Part shown: positions 46,736-58,616 of the stretch, piece after piece
Numbering within the stretch: the first letter of the stretch is position 1
How the letters are laid out: each line of letters begins with the position of its first letter
Source: Felis catus
Lineage: Eukaryota
Reading direction: 5' to 3'
Assembly: GCF_018350175.1 (NCBI RefSeq)
Contig: NC_058368.1
Location: forward strand, 83,020,001 to 83,084,000
Length of the DNA stretch: 64,000 bases
The notes under the pieces: generated by a model
Seen by the model: only the letters and a program-made list of their open reading frames with translations
Database searches by the model: none
What the model was told of the DNA's origin: nothing
Position numbers and translations under genes: made by a program

Positions 46736-48304
46736 GGGGCCAACATGGCAGAGAAGTAAGGGGTTCCATATTCCTGCGTCTCTCAAACAAAAAAGCATTG
46801 AAGCCAAGAGACTTTCAACCCCAAGAGACTGGGAGGAAAAGAGACTGAGTCTACCAGGGAGACACTGGGAAAACCTGACAGGCCGTAGCTGGGTGATTTC
46901 AAACTGGGGGAGATAAAACAGGTCATTTATCATGGAGGGGAGGGATCCCCTTCTGCAGAGAGACAAAGGGAAGAGAGAAGGTGGCTGGGAAAGTGTAGGA
47001 CTGTGTCTGGACAAAAGCAAAACCTCGGACTGGGATGGAGAAGGAGCCCATCTCTTACTGCCAGGCTTTTTTGGACTAGGGCCCTGTTTGCGCATCTGGG
47101 GAAGAAGGGCACCACACCGAGGTTTGGTGGTAGGTAGGGGTGCAGTCTGCAGTAGGAGAAAGCTATCCCCTCCCTAGACTACTGTGGGGAAAAGCCTGCC
47201 ACATATCTGGTGGTGCCTAGTGGCCCTTCCCCAGTACCTGGCTACACAGAGTGGGAGTTTGAATCCCAGCCAAGCACCTGGGCATGGGAGTTGGTGGAGC
47301 AAGACAGCCTCATCTACACCCCCCACACAGTGAGGACAGCTCAAACTGAGCGATTTGGGACACAGGTCCCTGGGGAAGAGACTAAGGGTTCGCCATTTTT
47401 TTTTGCCACCACCACCAAGGCGGGGCCTCAGGGATTGGTCCTCAGGGCCCACAGTGGAGGCAGGACCTGCATATACCAACCATGCCCCTCTGCACCTGGT
47501 GACTGTAAATCTACTGGAGTGGGATAGATACTGAGGAACCAGACTGCCCCATCTTCCAGACCAGCTTTGCTGCATTGTCTGGATGAATTCTAGGGCAATT
47601 CTTGTTACTTAGGTATTTCTTCCTTCCTTTTCTCCTTATCCTTCCCTCCTGTAGCCTGGTTACTCTAGTTGTTGGTTTTTTTAAGCAGACACGTTTAATC
47701 CATTCTCTTGATACATGTTCTATACTCCTTTCCTTTTCTTTCTCTCTCTCTGGAATAATCAAGTTATATAGTTTCTCTGTCTGGGTAACTAACTTCTTTT
47801 CTTTTTCCCCACCTCCTTTATTATTTTCCTTTTTCTACTTCCAGATTAAGCTCTTTAGTCTCTCAGCATGGTCATTGTTTATTTTTTCTTTTTCCCTGCC
47901 CCTGTAATTTCTCTCTTTATATGTGCTAGTCCATCAGCACTATCTCCACCATGTTCTTGTAACTGGTGTTTCTGGTTTTATGCTTTTGGACTTGTTTGTT
48001 TGTTTGTTTGCTTGATTCATTTGTTTGAGTGTGTGTTTTTGTTTCCTATTTGCCTGGTTTTTTTTCCTTTCCAGGGCTACTTCAAGGAACAAATCAAAGC
48101 CCACCCGGTGGAGGGTCCAAAACATCACTACAAGTAAAGAAATAGAATAACCAAAATCACAACAACAGAAATGAAGTAACACTCTCCAAAAAACACTTCG
48201 TGAAGGGCCTGGCCATGGACAGTGTACAGTAATATAGCAGTGCTTGCAGGTGCAGAGTACATAACAAACTTTTAAAACTCACTAGGGACAGAAAACTAGC
48301 CAAA

Positions 48305-49190
48305 ATGAAGACATGGAAGAATTCTCATGAAAAGAAATTCCAGGAAGAAGTGACAGATAAAGAATTGATCAAAAACATATTTAAGCAACATAACTGAACA
48401 AGAATTTAGAATAGCAGTCATAAGATTAATTTCTGTCTTGAAAAAAGCATAGAAGACAGTAGAGAATCTATTGCTGCAGAGATCAAGGAACTAAAAAAAT
48501 AGTCATGATGAATTAAAAACTGTTGTAAATGAAGTGCAACATAAAATGGAGGTGGCCACCGCATGGATTGAAGAGGAAGAGGGGAGAATAGATGAATTAG
48601 AAGATAAAATTATTGAAAAAGAGGAAGCTGAGAAAAAGAGAGTTAGAAAAATTCAGGATCACGAGGAGAGAAGTAGAGAACTAAGTGATTCAATCAAACA
48701 GAACAATATCTGTATCATCGGTTTTCCAGAGGAAGAATAAGAGAGAGAAAGGGTCTGAAGGTGTTCTTGAACAAATCATTGCTGAGAACTTCCCTGATCT
48801 GGGAAAGGAAAAAAGCATTTAAATCCAAGAGGCACAGAGAACTCTCTTCAGATGTAACTTCAATCAATGACATATCATACTGAAACTGGCAAAATACAAG
48901 GAAAAAGAGAAAACTTGAAAGCAGCTAGGGATAAACAGGCTATAACTTACAAAGGTAGACCCATAAGAGTAGTGGCAGACCTGTCTACTGAAATTCAGCA
49001 GGCCGGAAAGGAATGGCAGGAAATCTTCAGTGTGATGAAAAGGAAAAATATGCAGCCCAGAATCCTTTATCCAGCAAGACTGTCATTCAGAATATAAAAA
49101 GAGATAAAGGTCTTCCCAAAGGAACAAAAACTGAAGGAATTCATGACCACTAAACCAGTCCTACAAGAGATCCTAAGAGGGACTCTGTGA
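48305..49190 (+). pseudogene. Disrupted L1 ORF1
   Basis: ORFs 48534..48740 and 48867..49097 (ADLSTE..KEWQEIF..QPRILYPARLSFRI). Confidence 0.93.
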
Positions 49191-50571
49191 GTGAAATATT
49201 GTAAGGACCACAAAGGACCAGAGACATCACTACAAGCAAGAAACCTACAGATGACACAATGACTCTAAACCTATATCTTTCAACAATAACACTGAATGTA
49301 AATGAACCAATACTCCAATCAAAAGACATAGGATATGAGAATGGATTAAACAAAAAAGCAAGATACATACATTTATTGTCTACAACAGACCCATTTTAGA
49401 TCTCAGGACATCTTCAGATTGAAAGTGAGGGAAAGGAGAAATATTTATCATGTTACTGGAAGTCAAAGGAGAGCTGTAGTAGCCATACTCATATCAGACA
49501 AATTAGGCTTTAAATTAGATTGTACAAGAGATGAAGAAGGGCATTATATAATAATCACTTGGTCTATCTTTCAGGAAGAACTAACAATTATAAATGTCTG
49601 TGCACTGAATTCCAGAGCACACAAATATAAAAAAAATAATCACAAACATACCAACCTTATTAGTAAGAATGTGGTAATTGCAGGGACTTTAATACTCCAC
49701 TTACAACAATGGACATATCTAGACAGAGAATCAGTGAAGAAACAATGGGCATGAATGATACATTGGATCAGATGGACTTTACTGATATATTTAGAACTCT
49801 ACATCCTAAAACAGCAGAATATATTTTCTTCTCAAGTGCACAAGGAACATTCTCCAAGATAGATCACATACTGGGTCACAAAAAAGCCCTCGATAAATGT
49901 AAAAGAATTGAGATGATACCATGCACACTCTGAGATCACAATACTGTGAAACTTGAAATCAACAACAGGAAAAAATCTGGAAAACCTCCAAAAGCATGGA
50001 GGTTAAAGAACATCCTAATAAAGAATGAATGGGTCAACCAGGCAATTAGAGAATAAATTTAAAAATATATATTTGGAAACAAAAGAAAATGAAAACACAA
50101 CAATGCAACCCCTTGAGATGTAGCAAAAGAGGAAAATACATTGCAATCCAGGCTATCTCAAGAAACAAGAAAAATCCCCAATATGAATATAACAGCACAT
50201 CTAAAGGAACTAGAAGCAGAAAAGCAAATATACACCAAACCCAGCAGAAGAGAAATAAAGATTAGAGCAAAAATCAACAATATAGAATCCAAAAAAAAAT
50301 CCACAGACACAACAACAACAAAACCCCCACAAAAAAACCAGTAAAACAGATCAATGAAACTAAGAGATTGTTTTTAAAATAAACATAATTGATAAACCTC
50401 TATCTAGGCTTCTCAACAAGAAAAGAGAGATGACCCAAATAGATAAAATCATGAAAGAAAGTGAAATTATTAGAAACAATCCCTCAGAAATACAAGCTAT
50501 TATCAAAGAAAACTATGGATAATTACATGCCAACAAACTGGACTACCTGGCAGAAGTGGACAAACTCTAAA

Positions 50572-50584
50572 TACGCACATATGT

Positions 50585-50615
<31 letters not shown>

Positions 50616-50621
50616 CACACA
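50572..50621 (+). repeat. (CA)n expansion within L1 ORF2
   Basis: Paralogous copies carry only a short CACACAC at this position. Confidence 0.92.
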
Positions 50622-52273
50622 CTACCAAAACTAAAAGAGGAAGAAATAGAGAATTTGAACAGACCCATAACTAGTGAAATATTGAATCAGTTTTCAAAAA
50701 TCTCCCAACAAATAAGAGTCCAGGACCAGATAGCTTCCCTGGGGAATTCGACTGGATATTTCAAGCAGAGATAATACCTATCCTTCTCATGTGGTTCCAA
50801 AAAAATAGAAATGGAAGGAAAACTTTTGGATTCATTCTATGAAGCCAGCATTACTTTGATTCCCAAACCAGATAGAGACCCATCAAAAAATTGAATTATA
50901 GGCCAATATCCATAATGAATATGGATGCAAAAATTCTCAACAAGATATTAGCAAATCTAATTCAACAGCATATAAAAAGAATTATTCACCATGATCAAGT
51001 GGGATTCATTCCTGATCTTCAGGACTGGTTCGATATTAGCAAATCAATCAATATGATACATCACATTAATAAAAGAAAGGATAAGAACCATATGATCCTG
51101 TCAGAGATGCATAAAAAGCATTTGACAAAATACAACATCTTTCCTTAATAAAAAACCCTGAGAAAGTCGGGATAGAAGGATCATACCTAAACATCATAAA
51201 ATCCATTCATGAAAAGCCTACAGCTAATATAATCCTCAATGGGGAAAAACTGAGAGCTTTCCCCCTGATATCAGGGACACTACAGGAATGTCCATTCTCA
51301 CCGCTGTTGTTTAACATAGTGTTGGAAGTTCTAGCATCAGCAATAATACAACAAAAGGAAATCAAAGGCATCAAAATTGGCAAAGATGAAGTCAACCTCT
51401 AGCTTTTTGCAGATGACAGCATACCATACATGGAAAACCCAACAGACTCCACCAAAAGTCTACTAGAACTGATACATGAATTCAGCATAGTCTCAAGGTA
51501 CAAAACTAATGTACATAAATCAGTTGCATATTTGTACACAATGAAGCAACTGAAAGAGAAATAAAAAAACTTATCCCACTTACAATTGCACCAAGAACCA
51601 TAAAACACCTAGGAATAAACCTAACCAAAGATGTAAAAGATCTGTATGCTGAAAACTATAGAAAGTTTATGAGGGAAATTGAAGTAGACATAAAGAAAGG
51701 GGAAAACATTCCATGCTCATGGTTTGAAAGAGTAAATATTGTTAAAATGTCAATACATCCAAAGCAATGTATGCATTCAATGCAATTCCAATCAAAATTG
51801 CACCACCATTCTTCTCAAAGCTAGAACAAACAATCCTATAATTTGTATGAAATCACAAAAGACCCAGAATAGCCAAAATAATATTGAGGATGAAAACAAA
51901 GTGGCAGACATCACCATCCCAGACATTAGCCTCTACTACAAAGCTGTACTAATGAAGACAGTATGGTACTGGCACAAAAACAGACACATAGAACAATGGA
52001 ATTGAATAGACAGCCCAGAATTGGACCCACAAATGTATGGCCCACTAATCTTTGACAAAGCAGGAAAGAGTATCAAATGGAAATAAGACAATCTCTTTAA
52101 TAAATGGTGATTGGAGAACTGGACAGCAACATGAAGAATGAAACTAGACCACTTTCTTACACCATTCACAAAAAGAAACTCAAAGTGGATGAGAGACCTG
52201 AATGTGAGACAGGAAACCATCAAAACCCTAGAGGAGAAAGCAGGAAACACCCTCTTTGATCTCAGCTGCAGCA

Positions 52274-52669
52274 TTTATTTTAATATGAAATTTATTGTCA
52301 AATTGTTTTCCATACAACACCCAGTGCTCTTCCCTACAGGTGCCCTCCTCAATTCCCATCACCCACTTTCCCCTCCCTCCCATTACCCATCAACCCTCAG
52401 TTTATTCTCAGTTTTAAGGGCCTCTTATGGTTTGCCTCCCTCCCTCTTTAACTTTTTTTCCCCTCCCCTCCCCCATGGTCTTCTGTTAAGTTTCTCAGGA
52501 TCCACATAAGAGTGAAAACATATGGTATGTTTCTCTCTATGATTTATTTCACTTAGCATATCACTCTCCAGTTCCATCCACTTTGCTAAATAAAGCCATA
52601 TTTCATTCTTTCTCATTGCCAAGTAGTATTCCTTTGTATATATAAACCACAATTTTTTTTCCATTCATC
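52274..52669 (-). mobile_element. Young LINE-1 3' end (about 400 bp) inserted antisense into the full-length L1
   Basis: Homologous to 26435-26827. Host ORF2 resumes at 52670. Confidence 0.95.
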
Positions 52670-55600
52670 TTACATGACACATATCCAAAGGCAAGGGAAT
52701 TGAAAGTAAAAATGAACTATTGGGACCTAATAAAGATAAAAAGCTTCTGAACTGCAAAAGAAACAATCAACAACACTAAAAGTCAACCAATGGAATGGGA
52801 TTACATATTTGAAAATGATATATCGCATAAAGGGCTAATATTCAAAATCTATAAAGAACTCACCAAACTCCACACTGAAAAACAAATAATCCAGTGAAGA
52901 AATGGGCATAAGACATGAATAGACACTTTTCCAAAGAAGACATCCATATGGTCAACAGACACATGAAATGATGCTCAGTGTCACTCATCATTAGAGAAAT
53001 ACCAATCAAAGCCACACTGTGATACCACCTCATGCCTGTCAGAGTGGCTACAATGAACAAATCAGGAGACTATAGATGGTGGTGAGAATGTGGAGAAACA
53101 CTGCACTGTTGCACTGTTGGTGGAATGCAAACTAGTGCAGCCACTCTGGAAAACAGTGTGGAGGTTTCTCTAAAAAAAATAAAAATAAAAATAGAACTAC
53201 CCTATGACCCAGCAGTAGCATTGCTAGGAATTTACCCAAGGGATACAGGAGTGCTGATGCATAGGGCTGCATGAACTCCAATGTTTATAGCAGCACTTTC
53301 AACAATAGCTAAATCATGGAAAGAGCCTAATGTTCATCAACTGACGAATGGATAATGAAGATATTGTTTATATATAGAATGGAATACTAATTGGCAATGA
53401 GGAAGAATGAAATCTGTCCATTTGAAGCAATATGGATGGAACTGGAGGGTATTATGCTAAGTGAAATAAGTCATTGAGAGAAAGAGATACCATATGTTTT
53501 CACTCATATATGGATCTTGAGAAACTTAACAGAAGAATATGGGGAGGGGAAGGGGGGAAAGTTACATACAGATAAGGAGGGAGGCAAACCACAAGAGACT
53601 CTTAAATACAGAAAACAAACTTAGGGTTGTTAGGGGGTAAGGGAGAGGGGAAAATGGGCAATGGGCATTGAGGAGGGCACCTGTTGGGATGAGCCCTGGG
53701 TGTTGTATGGAAGCCAATTTGACATTATATTTTTAAAAAAGAGAATAAATCCTAATATTTCTCCATCTCTTCAAGAAAATAAAAAAGGAGATAAGACTCC
53801 TAAAATCATTTTATGAGACCCACCTAACTTTGAAACTAAAGACAGAAAAGGACATTACCGGGAAAGAAAACTACAGACAATATCCTTAATGAATGTCAGT
53901 GCAAAAATTCTACAACAGCAACAATAACAACAACAAAATTTGCTTTTTAATTCACAGCACATTAAAATAATTATTCACTATGATCAAGTGCCATTCATAT
54001 GGGATATCAATATTATTGCAAATGGCAAGATTTAATTTTTTTTTTTTTTTATGGCTGAGCAAAATTCCATCAGAAATACAAACTTCTCGTTTATTCAGTC
54101 ATCAGTCAATGGACGTTTTTGGTATTTCCACAATTTGGCCATTTTAGATAATGCTGCTGTATAAAGATAAGGGTGCATTTTCCCTTAGAATTACCGTTTT
54201 TATATTCCTTTGGTAATTAATTAGTAGTGTAATTGCTTAATCAAATGGTAGATCTATTTTTAACTTTTTTGAAACCTTCATACTGTTTTGCAGTTTACAT
54301 TTCTAACAATAGTGCAGGGATTTTCCTCTTTCTACACCTCCTCACCAACACCTGTTATTTCTTGTGTTGTTGGTTTTAGCCCTTCTGACTAGTGAGAAAT
54401 GATATCTCATTGTATTTTTTATTTGAATTTACTACATGATCATCATATTGAGTATCTTTCCATGGGTCTTCTGGCCATCTGTATGTCTTCTTTGTAAAAA
54501 TATTTATTTATCTATGCTGCCCATTTTTAATTGGATTATTTGAGTTTGGGGTGCTGAGTTTAATAGTTCTTTATACATTTTAGATAATAACCATTTACCA
54601 GATTTGTAATTTGAAAATATCTTCTCCCAGTGCATAGGTTGCTTTCAGTTTTGTTGTTTCCTTCACTGTGCACAAGTTTTTAAATTTGATGTAGTCCCAA
54701 TAGTTAATTTTTTATTTTGTTTTATTGCCTCAGCAGATGCATCTAGAAATAATTTGCTACTGCCAAAAGGGACAAATTTATTGCCTATGTTCTCCTCCAG
54801 AATTTTTACCATTTCAAATCTCACATTTAGATTTTTAATCTATTTGGGCTTCACTTTTTTGTATGGTGTAAGTTTTCCAGTTTCATTCTTTTGAATGTTT
54901 CTGTCCAATTTTTCCAAACCATTGGGTGAAGAGATGGTCTTTTTCCATTGAATATTATTTCCTGTTTTGTCAAAGTTTAATTGATTATATTGGTGGGGAT
55001 TCATTTCTGGATTTTCTTTTCTGTTCCATTGATCTATGTGTCTGTTTTGTGCCACTTCCATACTGTCTTGATCCCTATAGCTTTATAGTATAGCTTGAAG
55101 TCTGCAGTTGTGATGTCCCCAACTTTGCTTTTCTTTTTCAAGTTTCCTTTGACTATCTCCATCTTTTGTGATTCTGTACAAATTTTAGGATTTTTTTTGT
55201 TCTAGCTCTGTGAACAGTGCTGTTGGAATTTTGATAAGGAATGCATTGAATGTGCAGGTTGCTTTGGAAAGTGTAGACGTTTTTACAATATCTGTTTTGA
55301 TCCATGAGTATTGAATGTCTTTCCATTTCTTAGAGTTATCTGCAATTTTTTCATCAATGTTGCATAGTTTTCAGGGCACAGTTATTTTATCTCTTTGGTT
55401 AGGATTATTCCTAGATTTCTTATGTTTTTTTTTTGGTGCAATGTGGTGCAACATGGGATTTATTCCTTAATTTCTCTTCTGCTGATTCATTATTGGTCTA
55501 TAGAAATGAAACACATTTATGTACATTGATTTTTTTTATCCTGTGACTTTACTGAGTTTGTTTATCAGATACAGGAGTTTTTTGGGGGAGCCTTTCAGGT

Positions 55601-56382
55601 TTTCTATACAGAGTATCATGTCATCTGCAAGCAGTGAAAGGTTGGCTTCTATCTTCCCAATCTGGATGTTATGTATGTATGTATGTATGTAGGTATGTAT
55701 GTATTTATTATCTGGTTGCTGCATTTAGGACTTACAGTACTATATTAAATAACAGCGGTGATACTGCATCTCTCTCTCTTGGTTCCTGACTTCAGAGAAA
55801 AAGCTCTCACATTATCTCCTTTGAGGAGGATATTAGTTGTGGGTTTTTCATATATGGACTTTATTATGTAATGGTATGTTCCCTCTAAAAGTACATTCTT
55901 GAGGGTTTTTACCATGAATGAATGTTGGGTTTTGCCAAATTCTTTTTCTGCATCTATTGAAATTATCATATGGTTCTTATCTTTTTTAAAAAAAATGTGT
56001 TGTATCATGTTGATTGTTTTTTAAATACTGATCCACACTTGCAACCCAGAAATATACGCCACTTGATTGTAGTGAAGGATTTTTTAAATGCATTTTTGGA
56101 TACAGTTTACTAGTACTTTATTGATTATTTTTAAAATCTAAGTTTATCAAGGATATTAGCCTTTGTTGTTGTTGCCGTTGTTGTTTTAGTAGTATAATTA
56201 TCGTCATTTTCTGATATTGGTATCAGGTTAATCCTGGCCTCATAAAATGAATTTTGTGGATTTTCTTTGCATTTCTTTTCTTTTTCTTTTTCTTTTTCTT
56301 TCTTCTTTTTTATTTTTTAAACAGTTTGGCAATGGGTATCAACTCTTCTTTATATCTTTGGTAATATTTCCACTAGAAGCTG

Positions 56383-56635
56383 TTTTTTTAATGTTTTTAA
56401 TGTTTATTTGTATTTTTAATTTTTAATGTTTATTAATTTTTGAGAGAGAGAGAGAGAGACAGAAAGATTGTGAGCAAGGCAGGGTCAGAGAGAGAGGGAG
56501 ACATACAATCTGAAGCAGGCTCCAGGCTCTGAGCTGTCAGCACAGAGCATGACATGGAGCTCAAACTCAAGAATTGTGAAATCACACCTGAGCTGAAGTC
56601 AGAGGCTTAACTGACTGAGCCACCCAGGCACCCCC
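56383..56635 (-). mobile_element. Can-SINE inside L1
   Basis: T tail, (GA)n, ends CACCCAGGCACCCC. Confidence 0.95.
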
Positions 56636-57195
56636 TTGGAGACATTTTTCATGAAATTTGTTCACTGGGAGTTTTTGATCACTTAATGTCTTTGTTGGTT
56701 ATCATTCTTTGTTGTTCAAGTTTTCTACTTCTTGTTTTCATTTTGGTAGTATATATATTTCTAGAAATTTATCCATTTTTTCCAGGTTGTGTAATTTACA
56801 GGAATACAGTTTTTCATAAAACTCTCTTATAATTGGTTGTAGTACTTTTTGTATGTTCTTAATTGCTCTTCTTTCACTTGTTATTCTATTGAGTTCTTTT
56901 GCTTTTGTTTTTGATAAGTACAGGTATAGCTTTTGCAATTTTATTGATTTTTTTAAGAACAAGTTTCTTATTTCATTCATCTGTTCTTTATTTTTCTTGT
57001 TTTCATTTTTATATCATTTAATTCTACTCTAATACTTATTATTTTATTTCTTCTGCTGGCCTTAGGCTTTGTTTATTGTTCTTTGCCTAACTCCTTTATT
57101 TGTAAGGTTAGGTCATTTATTTGAGATTTTTCTTATGTCTTGGAGTAAGCCTGTGTTGCTTTATGCTTCCCTTTCAAGATGGCTTTGGCTGCATA

Positions 57196-57291
57196 TGACA
57201 CAGAGCCCAATGTGGGGATCAAACTCATGAACTGTGAGATCATGACATGAGATGAAATTGGGCACTTAACCGACTGGGCCACCCAGGTGGC
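57196..57291 (-). mobile_element. Can-SINE 5' half
   Basis: CACAGAGCCCAATGTGGGGATCAAACTCATGAACTGTGAGATCATGAC..CACCCAGGTG, with no tail. Confidence 0.88.
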
Positions 57292-58458
57292 TCTTTCTTA
57301 TTTGATGCCTCCAACATAAAATTTATTACATTTGATAAACTCACTGAATTCCTTAATTCAATTCTCATGTTCCATATTTCATTGCTTTCCAGGCTTCTGT
57401 GTCATTAATTTGTTCCTTTGTTTCTTGTAGCTTGCTGCTCATTGCATCAAGCCCGTTTTTCATCTCTACTTTTGCATTCTTCCACTTTGATTGATTCTTT
57501 TTAATGTCTTTTATCTCTCTCTGGGAAATTTGCACTGATGTCTTTTATGATGTTTTCAAACACAACTAGTGTCCTTTGAACATTGTTTTAAATTATCCAT
57601 CAGACATATTACTTACATCTGATTTATTTAGTTCTGTTCATGTTGCCTTATACTGTTCTTTCATTTGTGATAAATCACTCCATAATTACATTTTGTCTAA
57701 TTCTCTGTCTTTTCCCCTGTTTTAGAAAGGGAGTTATGTTTCCTGCTCATGAAAGTAATGGCAATATGAAAAAGAGGTCATGTACTGTCCCAGATCTAGT
57801 GGTTAAGTAGTGCCTCTGGTGTGAGTTATATTCACTCTACTATTGTGTTTTGGCTACACTATCCTTCAAGCCAGTCATCTGCAAAAGCTCTCCTGGGATG
57901 ATTTGTGGAGTTTTTGATCTCTGGCTTAAAAGTGGTTTTAACTAGGTGTTCTCTGTTATGCTTGTGAAATGAGACTTGACACCACCTGCACTGGGACTCA
58001 GGCTCTGCAGAACTCTCTGGTCAGGAGACCTGGTGTGGGGAGACGTTTTTGCTGGTCTTCTGAATGAGGGGCTCACCATGTTGGGATTAGCCAAGCTTGA
58101 CTGAGAAGGGTAATTCTATCAGATATCTTGAGGGCAGGGCTTGATGTAAAAAGTTAGACAACCCTGTTTGGTCCTGATTCTTCCTGCAGGTGGCACTGTG
58201 TTAACACTAGTGGCAGGGAAGAGAAAATTGCCAACCAACTCTTTTGTTCCCAGAGAGTCATCTCAATGAAAGCTGCCACTCAGGGAAACACCTTGCAAAG
58301 AGCAAATAATCTTTACCCTGTGTTCCCCAGATATTCTTCAGATTGCTATTTTCATGCAATTTGCCCCCAGGTTGTTTGTCTGAGTCTCTCCAGGGGCAGG
58401 GCAGTGAGTGCACTCTGGGCTCTATCTGGTCATCACTTGCTGACCTCTATAACTGTAT

Positions 58459-58616
58459 GCTTAGAAACTGAGAACAATCTGAGGGTTGATGGAGGGTTGG
58501 AAGGAGGGGAGGGTGGGTGATGGGTATTGTGGAGGGTACCTGTTGGGATGAGCACTGGGTGATGTATGGAAACCAATTTGACAAAAAAATCATATTAAGA
58601 AAAATTAAAAAGAAAA
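58459..58616 (+). mobile_element. Tiny young LINE-1 3' end inserted in an L1 5'UTR
   Basis: AAACTGAGAACAATCTGAGGGTTGATGG..CCAATTTGACA followed by an A tail. Confidence 0.93.

Larger units (their letters stand above)
49259..53520 (+). pseudogene. Disrupted L1 ORF2
   Basis: EN fragments 49419..49933, RT fragment 50891..51148, and the FADD codons TTTGCAGATGAC near 51406. Many stops and frameshifts. Confidence 0.93.
46736..53740 (+). mobile_element. Full-length felid/carnivore LINE-1 (inactivated)
   Basis: Begins GGGGCCAACATGGC. 5'UTR of about 1.57 kb, ORF1 from 48305, ORF2 from about 49259, 3'UTR to about 53740. Confidence 0.97.
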
